Source: Octopus sinensis
Lineage: Eukaryota
Direction of reading: 5' to 3'
Length of the DNA: 64,000 nt
Assembly (NCBI RefSeq): GCF_006345805.1
Contig: NW_021831752.1
Coordinates: forward strand, 186,001-250,000
Of the stretch, positions 1 to 13,197 are shown piece by piece. Position 1 is the stretch's first letter; each line of letters opens with the position of its first letter. The notes under the pieces were generated by a model. The model was given only the letters and a program-made list of their open reading frames with translations. It ran no database searches and was not told where the DNA came from. The translations under genes and the position numbers were made by a program.

Positions 1-890
1 GAGGACTAAAAATATGAGGAAATATGCTCGTTGTTCTGTCAATGCTGACCACGTTTGGACAAGATTTAGAACAACAGGCCGTAATCCTGCACCCCAGCCA
101 GGGAGTGGGTCTCCTTACAAGGTTGGCTGATATGGGGTCATTGTAGGTCCCTCAAGTAGTGAAGGCTATGTATAAAGGCACATCACGTGTTTTTAATGAG
201 GAAATAAATCAGGAAATGACTGAAAAGAGTAATCAGGGGATTAAATTACTGGCATATGAGAATGGTAGGTTAAAAGGTAAAATGTAGTATTAAAATGCTC
301 GTCGGGGGCGTATTTGTTATATTATGAACGTCCAGGGAATCTGACTCGATTCTATCCGATCGAATTTGAATTGACGATTGGGACAGGTTAGAATAATGTG
401 TTTGTAATGATTAGAGGACAGTTGTAGTGTCAGACTGGATAGACTTTATCCAGCATGTCGAAGAATATCCCAAACACATGCCTCAGTGTTTTACGACTCA
501 TATACAGACACATATGAACTAGTGAACTATAGTCGATTTGGGACTATTGTGGATCAGATTGCTTATTGCAACGGACATTCACGAGTGGTTTGTTGTTGAT
601 TTATTGTAGGATGACGATGTGGGGTGTATGTGTAGTCCTCAACATGATTTGGGCGTGGAAGGGAACGAGGAAGCTGCCCATATTCTCCATGGATCCTCCA
701 TCAAAGTATTTTATTCAGAGTTTATTGTTTAGATTGGATGCGCTGAATTTATATTCTCGATTTTGTCTGAGAATGAGTGACTTTGATAATTTTTATAATA
801 ATATTACGTATTAATGACTGTTTGGGTAGGCTATAAGATTATTTTGTTACTTTCCTGGAAGCAATGAGCTACGTAGTGATTGTCAGTTTC
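1..890 (-). mobile_element. Highly degenerate non-LTR (LINE) reverse-transcriptase remnant
   Basis: Frame-broken minus-strand fragments resemble the RT series PGK..SYRP, ..WIKS.. and a WGA thumb-like segment. Recognised only loosely. Confidence 0.4.
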
Positions 891-1348
891 CTCTTAATCA
901 TTTTATTTACGATAACTGAGATGGTTGAATTATTATCATTTAACCAGTTGTTTTATACAAATATTTTAGCAATCAAAGAAAATCGGTCTGTTTAATAATA
1001 ACTACAATTTAATTATATCAAAGATGCGACAAAATTTGTGTCCTAAACTGTTTTACGTAACATTTATTACACATTTGATTTACAATGTGTGATTTAAGGA
1101 TAAAACGAATACGTATTGATTTAGATAAGAAAGGAATCAATAAAAAAATTAAGGAGTTGTCAATTATTTAAAGAAAATATGAAATCAATATTTCCCACTT
1201 GTTGGTCAGTTTTTAATTCTTTACAAAATTTTGTCAAATGACCAAAATTTTTAAAGGAAACGTCAAATAATATATATGATTATTTATAATTCAAGTTTCT
1301 AAAACAATTAGTGAAGATTATTCCGAGCACATAAATAAAAAAAATAAA

Positions 1349-2004
1349 ATTCCGAGCACATGAGAGCTTGCACTGAGGACATCCTCAACGTCATCTTCGA
1401 TATGCAGTCGTGGAGACAGGCGACTCTCTCAATTTCCTTTGGAGGGATCGGCCTGATCACTTCGGCAGACTCAGCGCACGGCGCATATTTTTCTTCAGTA
1501 CTCTCGTCCAGAGATATGATCGACATTGTTATTTCTCAAATAAATGAACAGAGGAATTTATTTTCTGTGGATGATTGCGTCGCCGTATGGGAAAAGCTGG
1601 GACTGCCATTGTTGTCTGATATGACCTGCTAATCGGAGTGGACGTCGAAAGTCCACGCCAATACGTTTTCAAGGCTAAAGGAAAGCATGGACCAGGGAAG
1701 GTTGGCTTGTTTCAAAGCGGTGAACTCCTTTTCCAATCAGAATATCAAGTTGTGTATCAAAAAATCGGGAGCCCCGTCTGAACGGGCTGGAAAGAGGAAG
1801 AGTGAGAAATACGCTGGAATTGGGAATGGCAGAATGTTTGTCCCCCTGGCTGTTGAGACGTCAGGAATACAAGGGCCTTCTACTCGGAGCCTACTCCAGC
1901 AAATTGGCTCACTAATGGAAAGGGTTACCGGCGACTCGTGTGAGCACCGGTATTTAACCGAAAGAATAGCCATAGTCAGAGGCAATACTCTGGCTGTCTG
2001 CTAA
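1349..2004 (+). mobile_element. CRE-clade-like non-LTR retrotransposon, internally deleted 3' fragment
   Basis: ORFs give WRQATLSISFGGIGL and KYAG...FVPLAVETSG...RIAIVRGN, homologous to the C-terminal half of the 43.1-45.8 kb element. Confidence 0.8.
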
Positions 2005-2504
2005 TGACCAGTTTTCTCTATAAAACCTAAATTAATCAAAAAAAATTATTGACTTAATATTATCTAGACAAATTATTTTTAGGTCAACTCTTCCCTTTTT
2101 TAAATTAACTTTATAAACTTTTAGGATGTCAATTGTTGATTTTTTAGGTCGACTTTTTGGTTGCCCTGGTTATTATTTTCTGATGATATGGGACGGACAG
2201 GTCGCCAAATAGACGAGAGTTACTTGAGGCAGTTGAATATAAATAAAAGTTTCTACAGACTTATATAAAATGAATTGTTTATAAAAAGACTGTAAAGTAT
2301 TTTGTTTGATGCTGATTTCATTCTGACTTCAAAAGTGATTTTATTTGACCCCATCAGAAATGAAGCTGTTTACAAACTCAAGTAATTATTTTTTACTTCA
2401 ATATAAATAACGATACATCTCCTGGGAGAACTGGCAATAGCTTATTTAATATTGTACAAGAAAGTCAGCTTCTCTTAACTATTTGGTTTTTACAATAAAT
2501 TGAC

Positions 2505-2595
2505 TTAACTAAATTAGATGAGTCGCCGAGCGGATGAACAGGCAATTTCCACGTAATATCGCGAACGATATCCGCTGAAAAAGCCAGCTCGTTTC
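2505..2595 (-). mobile_element. ~90-bp 3' end of a CRE-like element
   Basis: Near-identical to 19778-19866; minus strand reads WLFQRISFAILRGNC. Confidence 0.8.
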
Positions 2596-2712
2596 TTCGA
2601 TTTCAAAATTCTAACAAATAAACACCCAATCTCTTAAATTTCAAGCAAAAAATAATTAGTGGAAAAAAGTTTAAATTACAAAATCTGTTAGGTAATAACT
2701 AAATTCGTTTCT

Positions 2713-4960
2713 TCAATAGAGTAAACAAAGCTGGTCATAATAGATCTTTATAATTTTATGACGACGAAGCTTCATAGACGGAGTCATAAGTTCATTATCC
2801 GTAGTGAACTCGTCATAACTCAGCACAAACCCCTTTATTTGTTCATAACTCAACAAATTCGAATCTCTCGCCAATTTCGTCAGCTCAGACAAAAGCACAT
2901 CTTTAACAGACTAGCAAACAAAAAATCTTTCAAACTTTGTCATTAAGAAGATCTCCATTGCTGGCTCCAGTAGTTACTCTTCGAGAAAAGGCAACGAGGT
3001 CCTCTCTATCAACAACAATCACTGCCAGGAGATACGACTGTAATGAAGGAAATAAATAACCTTTGTACTATCCCCATATAACATGAACTGGCGGACAATC
3101 GGATGACGTGAATAAATAGCCTCTATTTTTTCAGTCATGATGTATTCTCCTTGTGAGAGTTTAAATATATTCTTGCAACGATCGATTATAGAATATGACC
3201 CGTTCTGCCATAAGAATGTGGGAAATGACCTCATTGAGTCGTCCAATGTCCCCCGATCTAAAAAATCCGTCCTCATCGAAGGCCTCTTTGGTCAATTCTG
3301 GCTGATTGAAGTAGCCTACCGTGACATTTGGTCCTCGAAAGCATATCTGGACTGATAGTGGAATACACTAACCTCCCCCACGTTATCAGAACTATAGTAG
3401 TCCAATTCAGGGACATCACTCAGTTTAATCTCCATCCCTGCCAGAGGACCACCACATTCCCCGAGTCCTCCATTTCCCGGGGACTGAATGAAAATCGCGG
3501 AGGTGCTTTCTGTCATTCCATATCCATGCATAATCTACAAATATCACATTTTAGACAAACATGCACTCCAAACACAACTCGAGAAAATATTTCCAACTCC
3601 CTCGAAATGCAGGCTCCTCCAAAAAGAATATTTTTCAAATTCCCGCCAAAAATACCCCGAATTTTACTAAAAACAATATTTTCAAGAAAGGAAGGTTCAA
3701 ATTCCCCATCCCTATGACTAATGTTGATAAATTACATGAGCAATCTCTCCCGGGCTCTCTGAAACGTCCAGTTGAAGATAAATCGAATCAAAAAATTCGA
3801 ATTCTCAATTTTTTCAAGAACGACACTGCGAAATCTGTCCAAAACACGTGGAACTGCAACAAAAAAGGTTGGCTTGAGCTCAGCCAAATCCGACCGAATC
3901 AATTTAATATTCCCCTGTGAAAGTCCAATTTTCCCACCACAAAAAGTAAACAGTAACTGGAATATTCCTTATAAACTAACCAGTGCCATATTTTCCAGGG
4001 AATGCTGAAAGGGGAGATACGAGTAGTACACATATTCGCTGACGTCGACCGGATTTTTCTCACATACCTCAAATAAGATTAGACAAAGTACCGAAGTACG
4101 AAATATAGCGAGAAGTGTGAACAAAACCTGGCGTTGGGTCATCATCACACCTTTGGGGACTCCTACAATGTGGATTAAGCACTTTTCTGAACCACTGGTG
4201 CCACTGGTGTACAGAATACTGGACAGGTCGTCGAGATCTCCTTCCGACAAGTCAAAATACTCGTCTTTAGTACCCTGACCTATTTTCTGTTGGTAAAAGT
4301 AAAGGAATACAATTAAATCGGATATTGTCAGCAAAATGATCGAACGAGAATCCGCCATTTCTCTCAATTCGGTCGAAATCAAAAAAGGAACCAAAATGTG
4401 TGTTGCCTTGAGTGAAGGGGCAGCCAAAACTCTCTCCAAAAATGACTTTGTGTCACAATAAACGACATTTGGAGTAACTACACTAAATTTAGCGACAAAC
4501 CTTCCTCAAGAATATGCAGAAGAGCATCCTGCCCAAAAGTATCGTAGAATGGAACAAAAACGTTATTTCTCTTGATTGCAGCAAAAATGAGAAAGAGGGT
4601 CTACGGTAAATGAAGTACCCCAACATAAGTGCTGATCTTGCAGTATGCAAATATCCTCGTCGAATTTCCGTGTTTTATCCCCAAAGAACTCAGCCCCGCA
4701 GCAACTGCACTTGTCGAGTCGTTGAACTACGCGGAATATATTTAATAAACAACATCGCCGTATGAAAGCCACGAATAGGAAGAACTATCACCAGATCTGG
4801 TTCCAATAAATGGGGCATCGTCTCCAGCAACACATCTACCGATTTTTAGAATTTCGGATAGATTTTTTAGGCGGATTTCTGTGGGGTCATTTAAATTGAT
4901 GGCATCTTTATGTATTGGATGGAGTTTATTATTTGTCCTTAGTAAGTCATCCGATCGCAT
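2713..4960 (-). CDS. ACSL: Long-chain fatty acyl-CoA synthetase (multi-exon)
   Basis: Spliced motifs YTSGTSG(V)[49 protein letters not shown]; GT-AG introns of 23-30 nt restore one frame. Confidence 0.93.
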
Positions 4961-5869
4961 TCGAGCCCCTGTTGACTTTAAATTAGCAAATAATAAATAC
5001 GTTTAGCTTGCTGTATGTTTCCTTTTTCATGGAAAATTTAAAATTCAAATAAAAATGATGTTAATAGTCTAACGTGATTAAATAAATGTGGGTTAATGCT
5101 ATTTAGAATTTTTAATTATAAAAAAATTTTAATTTGTTTATTAAATCTTTAAACTTTTTAATTAATATTACTTTTTATGAAAGGATTGAATTAATAGCTT
5201 ATATAACCAGTGCTTATATTTACGAAATTTATACCTAATTTTATAGCAAAAGTCTCGAAATGATTTAAAAACTCGAAAAAATCCCCTGCCACTGTCCCGA
5301 CAACATTAAAAGACTTGGTCTTAACACCATCATTTATAACAATCTATTTATAGTTTCTATTTACAACAATTCTGTTGCAAAAAACAAAATTTCTTTTTTT
5401 GGAAGAAATCACGTTTTATCGGTCAAACCAAACAACCCGCCTGGCAAGTTCCTACCGTCCAATCTTTCTTTTATGCACACAAATAAAATCCTCAAAGACT
5501 AATATTTTTACAAATTTCTAAACACTTGTTAACTTCCCACATTAAAAATGGTTAGAAATGGAGTCAGACATCAAAAGCTTGTTATGTGGGAATTACATTT
5601 CTAATTCTAAAAGAATGTCAATCAATATTTCTTAAACTAGTTAATCTACATTTTTAAAAATCATTTCCCATCAATGATTTTTATCATATCAACAATTCTC
5701 AACGGAAAGTGTTGCCAAATTTGTGAAAAATGGAAACAATAAATATTAAATGTGGTAAAAATAATTTAATGTGACTTCAGTTATTCGTACTTGATTTAGA
5801 CCCATTAGTTTCTATTTGCAAAATATTGAAATATCAAGAAATAGTAATTATTAAAAGCACGTAAATTAA

Positions 5870-6490
5870 CTAAGGTCCCGTTTGTGCCACACGTTTAGAG
5901 ATTCTATTCGCCAAGATTTTCCATCAATGTCTATTTTTCGAGTCTGTTCGTAGTTCTTCTAGGTCGTTCGCACATTTGAGTTTTTTCCAATTTTATAAAA
6001 ATCCTTGTTTAGAAAAACAATGAGAGTGACTCTAAGTCCTCTGAACGATGTCTTGTCTATGTTGTCAAAGTTATTGTTAATTTTAATGTTTGCGGAAGTG
6101 TTTATGTCCATTCTAAGCCTCCATCTTGATTCGACAATTTCAGTGCTTATTGGAACTGATAGAGTACAATTTCTTGTTGGAAATCATCTTTGGCCAATGT
6201 AGGCCGAGTAAATTGTGTAATAGCTTTCGATAAAATGTGTCCATTTTCTTGAGTTCTAACTCTGTGACTACACTATGTTGTACAAAAGTACTGGCTTTAT
6301 ATACGAGTTGTATAACCTTATTATAGCTTTGTTTTGATTAGCTTTTGTCGAATTGACAAAATTGTCGGTTTTTTAATAAAATTCCAGCATATAACAATAC
6401 AGAAAAGACCTGCATTCGACAGGAACTTTTAGGCTCTCTTCGATTTACAAATTATCAAACTAGACATTGATTATATTAAAACTATTAGAG
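5870..6490 (-). mobile_element. RTE-like LINE 3' fragment
   Basis: IRLYNSYIKPVLLYN...LLGLHWPKMISNKKLY, the same thumb region as 56827-57162. Confidence 0.7.
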
Positions 6491-6562
6491 ATAAAATATA
6501 ATTTAATCAAAAAAAACAATAAACAAAACGCAGGAATCTATTGTTTATTGTGACGTTAAATA

Positions 6563-7317
6563 ATGAACAAAATTTCTGATGCATCTGGTTATCAATTTCA
6601 AACATTAAATAATAAAAATAGACGCATCTACACGAATATTAAATTATTTGAGCGAGAAGAACAGGCCATATTGTGCAAATGATGTGCAAAGAAACCTCCA
6701 CAATGACTACAGCAAAGCAGTACTGTTTTAATATATCCCAAGGTGGTCACCAAAACATTATCAGACCTTTCTACCTCCTCCAAATTGATAGAAAAAATAT
6801 ATGGCAAACAAAAAATATATTGCATCAATCAGCACAACCTCCCTTCCTCGACTGAGGATACCTCAACACACGAAGAATTGACCCACCTCACCACCACATT
6901 GGAAGAGGCCAAGAAATGTGTCAATGAATTAGAAAAGGGTGTCCTATTTCATGTCTTATTCTCACAGAAGTGGCTGTGCTTGAATGTTCGTTGCCTACTG
7001 AAGCTTTGGGGAGTTCGATTGAGAGCGAGTCTAAGCTGATTAAAGAACTCGAAGGGAGATTAGCCATTCTACGAGAAAATGTAATTCCGTTTGACAAAGA
7101 GGAGAGAGACAGTGTTGGTTTTATCTGTTTATTGGCAAGTTGGTGATTAGAAAGAACAGATTAACAAAAGTGTGGCGAGAAAGGAAAAGAATGGTATTGG
7201 AAATATTGGATTGCATTTGTGAGAACTCTCCCGACCCTCCTTCACTTAAGCATTTAATTGTAGTCCTCTCTTGACTTTTATTTCTAGGAGGATATTGGGA
7301 TTGAAGAAGATGATTAA
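6563..7317 (+). CDS. PSMC3IP: Meiotic recombination factor HOP2/TBPIP
   Basis: Spliced ILNYLSEKNRPY...VTKTL...IEKIYGKQKIY...WRERKRM...IEDIGIEEDD* matches the HOP2 winged-helix/coiled-coil layout. Confidence 0.9.
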
Positions 7318-7522
7318 TATTCACGTTTTTGTTTATTTTTCTTTAAAATGTGATAAAATGAGCTTTTGTGGTTGAATTGAACTTTTTTATAAAATTTACT
7401 TTTATACTTATCGAGCAGTAAAAAAACATAAATATAATCGAATGACTATTTGATTAATATAAAATAGATTATTTAGAGTCGTTCTCGTTTTTTATTAAAG
7501 TTTTACCCTTTGTTTTGCTTAG

Positions 7523-8648
7523 ATTAGTGGCAGAACTTAAATGAATTTCCGACTTTGTAAATTCACCTATAAGTTTGGTTAGCTCATAAGAAATAAACTT
7601 CCCGTTTCTTTAGACTCACTGTTCGAACAACTAATTGATGTATTCCTGCTTAGTTTAGCTGTGCTTGATTTATTGGCATCAGTTTTGGATATTTTGTTTT
7701 TTGTTAAGTCGGAAGATGGCCTCGATTTTTGATATTTACACGTTTTATCATGTTCTATTTTTTTCTCGAGTGGTTTTTCCGAACATACCCTCTTAATGGT
7801 TGAATCTACATTTATTTTTATTTAGTTTACAATCAGTAGCAGTCTTGACTAGAATCGTGTCAATATCATATCCAAAAAGTTGTTCAGCATGTAATAACAT
7901 GAACTCAACACAGCTTGTCATCTGAATCATAACAATGAATAAATATCAGTACAGTTTGATACATTTTTGCAAATTCTTTGTGCATAAATTTATTTTTCAG
8001 AACAAAAAGACTTGCAGTGATGCAAACCGAAAGAGAATTTGAATCCATTTTATTAAATTGGCATTTTTTGCTATTGCCCGTAACATACTGACTGTGTGTT
8101 TCAAAAGTATGAAATTATTCCTATCAAGTTTTGTAAATATCCTGCAATTGTTATATTATCAAATAGTTCTTTTTCATTTTTTTGATTTTTTGTTCCAAAT
8201 TGCTGGTTTTATTGCATCGTTCCCATTTCGGATAGAGAACCGTATCAAGAACGCATTTCGGAAGGGTTCTGAGATACTTCTGAAGATATAAACAATTCTC
8301 ATACCTTGAAAACACCTGACACAGTCACGATGCTGTATTTGGCCAGGTCAGAGCTATCAAGTCTTTCTGAACTCGAAATTTGGTGTATCAGTTTATTTTC
8401 GTCTATTCTATCGGTCATTTTTCGGAAAATATCCACTTGGTTAGGACCTCTCAGACTCAAATCAGTCAAAATATTCTGAAATGTAATTCATTAAGTTTGA
8501 CAATTATTTTTTCATTAAAAATATCTACTGATGAGGTTGACATTTGGAATAGAGAATCGCCAGGTCCAAATTCTACACTTTTTCTTGCCCCCTGTTTGTC
8601 AATATTTATAATTTTAACTCTTATTAATCCACGAAACTTGTGAAACAT
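7523..8648 (-). CDS. RhoGAP-domain protein (ARHGAP20/TAGAP-like); ends approximate
   Basis: LSLRGPNQVDIFRK...VFK|KYLRTLPKCVLDTVLYPKW...NNFILLKH. One intron appears to need a GA donor (see findings). Confidence 0.7.
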
Positions 8649-8839
8649 TTGAGAGCTAATGAACGAAATTTCTTTAAATAATCACAAAATATTTTCCATG
8701 AAAATAAAATTCCGACAATTTTGAATTCTTAACCAAAAATATCATTTTCCACCTTAGGAAGGTTATTTAATTTGTTATTTAAAATAGTCCATTACCAAGA
8801 TTAAACGCTTAGAATCAGCTCAAAACGAACTACAAGAAA

Positions 8840-9100
8840 AAGCTAAGAAACAAAAAAACTGTATGAAAATAAAACCAGATTGAATGTGCCACGACAATTA
8901 ACCTATAAATACCAAAGGGACAGCAGGAAATATATCTATAGAAAAATACTTCGAATCTACTAAATAAAGGTTTCGTGTTCGTCAACGACTCTGTTTTCTT
9001 AGAATCTTAGAGAATGACCCAAGATTAATCTAAAAACTCTGAGAGACCAAAAAATAGTGATGGAAACACATTAAGAATGGCACGCAAAATTGACTAGGCC
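8840..9100 (+). mobile_element. RTE-like LINE extreme 3' remnant
   Basis: AGNISIEKYFES..RFR.RQR...LEND resembles the post-thumb tail also present near 57.1-57.3 kb. Confidence 0.4.
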
Positions 9101-9227
9101 TACATATTTTATATTTTTAAAATGTGCCTAAAAAACGAAAAATATGATTCTGTTTGAGCAATCATCGCCAGTTTATAGTCCCAATAAATTCTTTTCATTG
9201 AATATTTAAAAATGAGTAAAAGGCTAA

Positions 9228-10139
9228 TTAAATGAAAGGAAATATTTGATTAGCTTTATCGCGTAGTTTGTACAGTTCGTTCTGAATCATTCTGGTTATT
9301 TCAGTCCTGATTTGTATCTATAATTTAAAAACAAGTAAAATACTTCAGGCACATTATCTTCCCGAAACTCTTCAACCACATTAGTATAGTCAATTGGATG
9401 CCCAACAAAAATTGCAATTTTCTACAAAAAATATAAAGAAAGCACCTTAAACAAAGACGGAAATGTCTTATCAAGAGGAAACATGTCGTCCATTCCTAAA
9501 ATATTAAACATTGACTGCCCATATGCCACATAGGGACCACCCAAGGAGTACTCCGAGCACAGGAAACCAATCTCCCAACCCCTGTACTAACCAAAATAGC
9601 CCAACCCCATTTAAGACGAGGAATAGAGTCACCTTCTACTATTTTTCCTTCAGGAAAAACATGAATCCACTGCCCTGAGTCCAGCAAATCCAAACACATG
9701 TCTACTGCCCTTTGGTACACCCCATCTCCGCGATAGACAGGAATGCACTGCCCTCTGGAAAAAAACCAGGAATGTAAAAGTCGACTAAAACAGATTGGAT
9801 CGTCTGCCAGAACCCACCGAGCCTTGAAAGGACGGGATAAAGTCTTGGGTAGGAAGGCTGAGGTCACAAGGGAAGGGTACCGTGGATGAGTGGGTCATCC
9901 AAAAGTGAGGTATGGTTAGCCACTGTGATCACTGGGCGAATACGTGGGGGTTCTAGTAGGGAGAGGAGAGGCTCAAGATTGAAGACTTTGCAGCGAGTTC
10001 CAAGGCCTAGGGGATATGGAGTTGTTATACGGATCCAGGCTGAGGAGAGGAGTGTTACTGATCGGATCACTGCAGAACTGGTTAATCGCCACCTCAGACC
10101 AAAGTTATCGGGGAAGGGCCACTTTAATTTATGTGGCAT
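9228..10139 (-). CDS. TAFAZZIN: Tafazzin phospholipid transacylase
   Basis: NHTSLLDDP, FFSRGQCIPVYRGDGVYQ, WIHVFPEGK, RLKWGVGRL, PMWHMGMDD motifs after splicing. Confidence 0.95.
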
Positions 10140-10990
10140 TCTTCTTTAATAAAAATGATGCCTTAATCTTTAAATATAGCACAAGACATTGAAATTTATT
10201 TTTTTAATTCATATAACAATAAACAAATTTTTATTTAGTTTATTCAAAATTTTTAAAGGTATTTATACCATTTATATAATCATATTTAGTTAACTAAGTA
10301 ACGTGTGTTAGCAATATTCATTGTTCCAACAAATTTGCTTTATTAAATCAACTTTGAAGTTTAATTTCATCCAATTAAGAAGTTGAGTGTCATTTACAGA
10401 AATTGTTAGATTAATTAATCTTTTCATATTATAAAAAATAGGATCAGTCAAATTTATTTTTTGTTTGTGAGATTTTAAAAACATTATGATGATAATAGAC
10501 GACTAAATGGATATATCACAAACACAAATAACACAGGAGACAAAGTATCTCTGCAAAATTCCTCCTTCGATCCAAAAGTGCCGGATACACTCATTGTTTA
10601 GCATAAATTTGACTTTCTAATTTGCAATCAATGATTTAACAAATTTCACTCTCGGATGCCTGATTTGTCCAAAACTTTCTGAGCAATGGAATCATATTAA
10701 AAAGACAATAAATCGGCGTTTCGATGACGTCCACAAACATCACTACCTACTTAATCTCAAGAGACAAATAACAAATTGAAAAGACCATGATTCTCTCAGA
10801 ATTATATCAGGAACCGCAAATCTCGAAAAAATATGATCAAATCTCGAAAAAATATGAACTTAATTAGTTTTTCTTTAAATTATGTTTCTATGATAGTACA
10901 AATAATAATTTATGTTGCTATAGAAAAACAAAAAATAAGCCCAGTGACTGACTGAACTATAGCAAATAATATACCAAACAAATATCCTCA

Positions 10991-12732
10991 ATGACATTGA
11001 AAGTAAAAAATAAAACATTAAAAACCAAACCTCCTAAAACCGACAAAACAAACACAAAAATAAAAGAAGACACTCCTCATATCCTCAAAACAAAACTGCG
11101 AGAATTGACAAACAGAGTTGACGCAGTCAAATCCGAAGTAAAATAGACAATTAAAGCATTAGATTATGTCCAGAGGACCGCCTTCTCACCTGGAGGAAGA
11201 GAACTACGTTTATAATTAAGTTTAATAATAGTCCCTAAAAGTGGCCTTGCACGATGCACACAAACGTGTGGATGAATTATACGAACAACTCAGCCAAACT
11301 GAGGAATCGAGTCATTTTAGACTTTTTAGACTGATTTGGATCAAATGGCAGGCCACAAGCAACGTTTGGAAGAAGAATTTAAAGAATTGGAACTCAGACT
11401 TGAAGCACGGTCAAGGGAGTTTAATCAATGGAGAATTTATTCCAAAGTATTTTTATTTTTGTACATTTCTAGTCACTGGAAGCACAATTTGATTATTCAA
11501 AGTCAAATAAATCGAACTTACAGCAGAAATTGGCCGCAAAAGTAGACAAAACAGTTGACAATTTAAAGGAAGTGCGGATTAAAGAATTGGAGACCCAATT
11601 CGACGAGTTTTTAAAATCTACAAAAATCAAAGATCAGTCAAAAATGAGAGAAATTAATTCCTTGACGTTGGATAATGAAAGATTGAAAGTTTATTGTGTA
11701 TATAAACACTAGCAAACATTGGAAAGTATACGAGGTCGTTTAATGGTAGAAGAAAGACAGAAAAACAGTGCACTGCAAGAATTGAAAGCAGAACAGAACA
11801 GAATCAAAGAATATGAAGAACAGGTAGACATTTACTCTGTCATTAGGAAGGCTGTGATAAATGAACGAGCTCGACAGGATTCTGTTAGTAATGAAATGAG
11901 TAGGTTCGCCATCGAAAAAGAAGATGAATTAAACACAGTTAAAAAAATTAAAATAATTATTTAAGATGAGAAATACAATTTTAGTAAAATTAGACGAATT
12001 AGAACATATTCCTGAACTCTTAAAATCAACCGAGCTGCAATTGATAGAATCAAAAAAAAAGTCGGAAGAAAATGAGATGAAAGCAAATTTCTACTTTGAG
12101 CAATTAGAAGTCATGAAAAAACAAGTGAACTCAGACCTGTACCCTAAAATGGACGAATTTGAAGAGTTTATTACATATATCTAACGATTAGAAAAATGCT
12201 TGCAATAGAGCAAGAAAAAGATAAAATGAGACAAAAAGTACACGAACGGGACGAAAAGTTGAAAATAATTGAGGTTTCAAATCACGTTTTTTACCTACAA
12301 GAGTCAACTTGACCTCAAGGAGAGAGAAAATGCAAAACTCACAAGACATTTGGAACAAGCTCTTTTGGACTTACAAAAGCTGATTGTGTATTTTTGGGGC
12401 CAATTTATTTATAGAATAACGGAGGGTCTGAAAAATTGATTCAACTTAGTCAGCAGGTGAGGCAACTCCGCGACCAAGTTGGGTTGATTCAGGCGGAGAG
12501 AGATCGGGTTGGTCGAATTTTTTTGATTCTGTTAAAGGAGGCGAAGACAGCGGCAAATAAAATATCTGATTTGGAGATACAACTAGAGAGGGGTAGCAGT
12601 TTGAATAAAAGTCTTAATGAATATGTCGATTTTTTGCGGACTGCAAACAGAGGGGCTCATAATTCGGATCCCGAATTTCTAAATTGTATTTCCCCTGAAA
12701 AATATCCACAAGAAAATATGAGAACTCTTTGA
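10991..12732 (+). CDS. ODF2: ODF2/cenexin-like centriolar coiled-coil protein
   Basis: LDELEHIPELLKSTELQL, LKERENAKLTRHLEQAL, AANKISDLEIQL, LNKSLNEYVDFLR parallel the ODF2 C-terminus (recalled alignment); multiple micro-introns. Confidence 0.7.
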
Positions 12733-13197
12733 TTATTAACATTATTCGCTTTAAAGTGCTAAAACTGCTCTAATTAAATCTGATTTGAATCTGTAGCTTA
12801 ATATGGCAAAATTAAGTTTTGGATAAGTTATGGCAAAAAACACTTTGCAAAAATACATTTTAATTTATTATACACTAGTAAGTGATACTTTTATACTGCA
12901 AGAATATTTTAAAACAGTGTTTTGATGTCTAATTTTAATCATCTTTTTTATAGACTATGATTTTATTAAAGTACTGATCTGAACTAATTTTTCTCGAACA
13001 AAAATAGTTTGTTTTTTAAGTATTTAAACAATTCGAATTAATCTTTGAGCAAGTTTGTGACAAGAATTGTCAAATCACTAAATATCAGATATTTAAAATA
13101 TCTTTAATCTCGGTTAGAAAAACGCTTTTAGTAAAGCGAATTGACATTTTTTAATTATATATTAAAATAAAGCAACTTTGGATATTAAAACAACAAA

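Noticed and set aside
1320-1361. 13-nt direct repeat attccgagcacat at the CRE 5' junction
   Set aside because: Most simply an ordinary truncation or microhomology artefact; a single instance.
10817-10858. 21-bp tandem duplication
   Set aside because: Two copies only; ordinary slippage.
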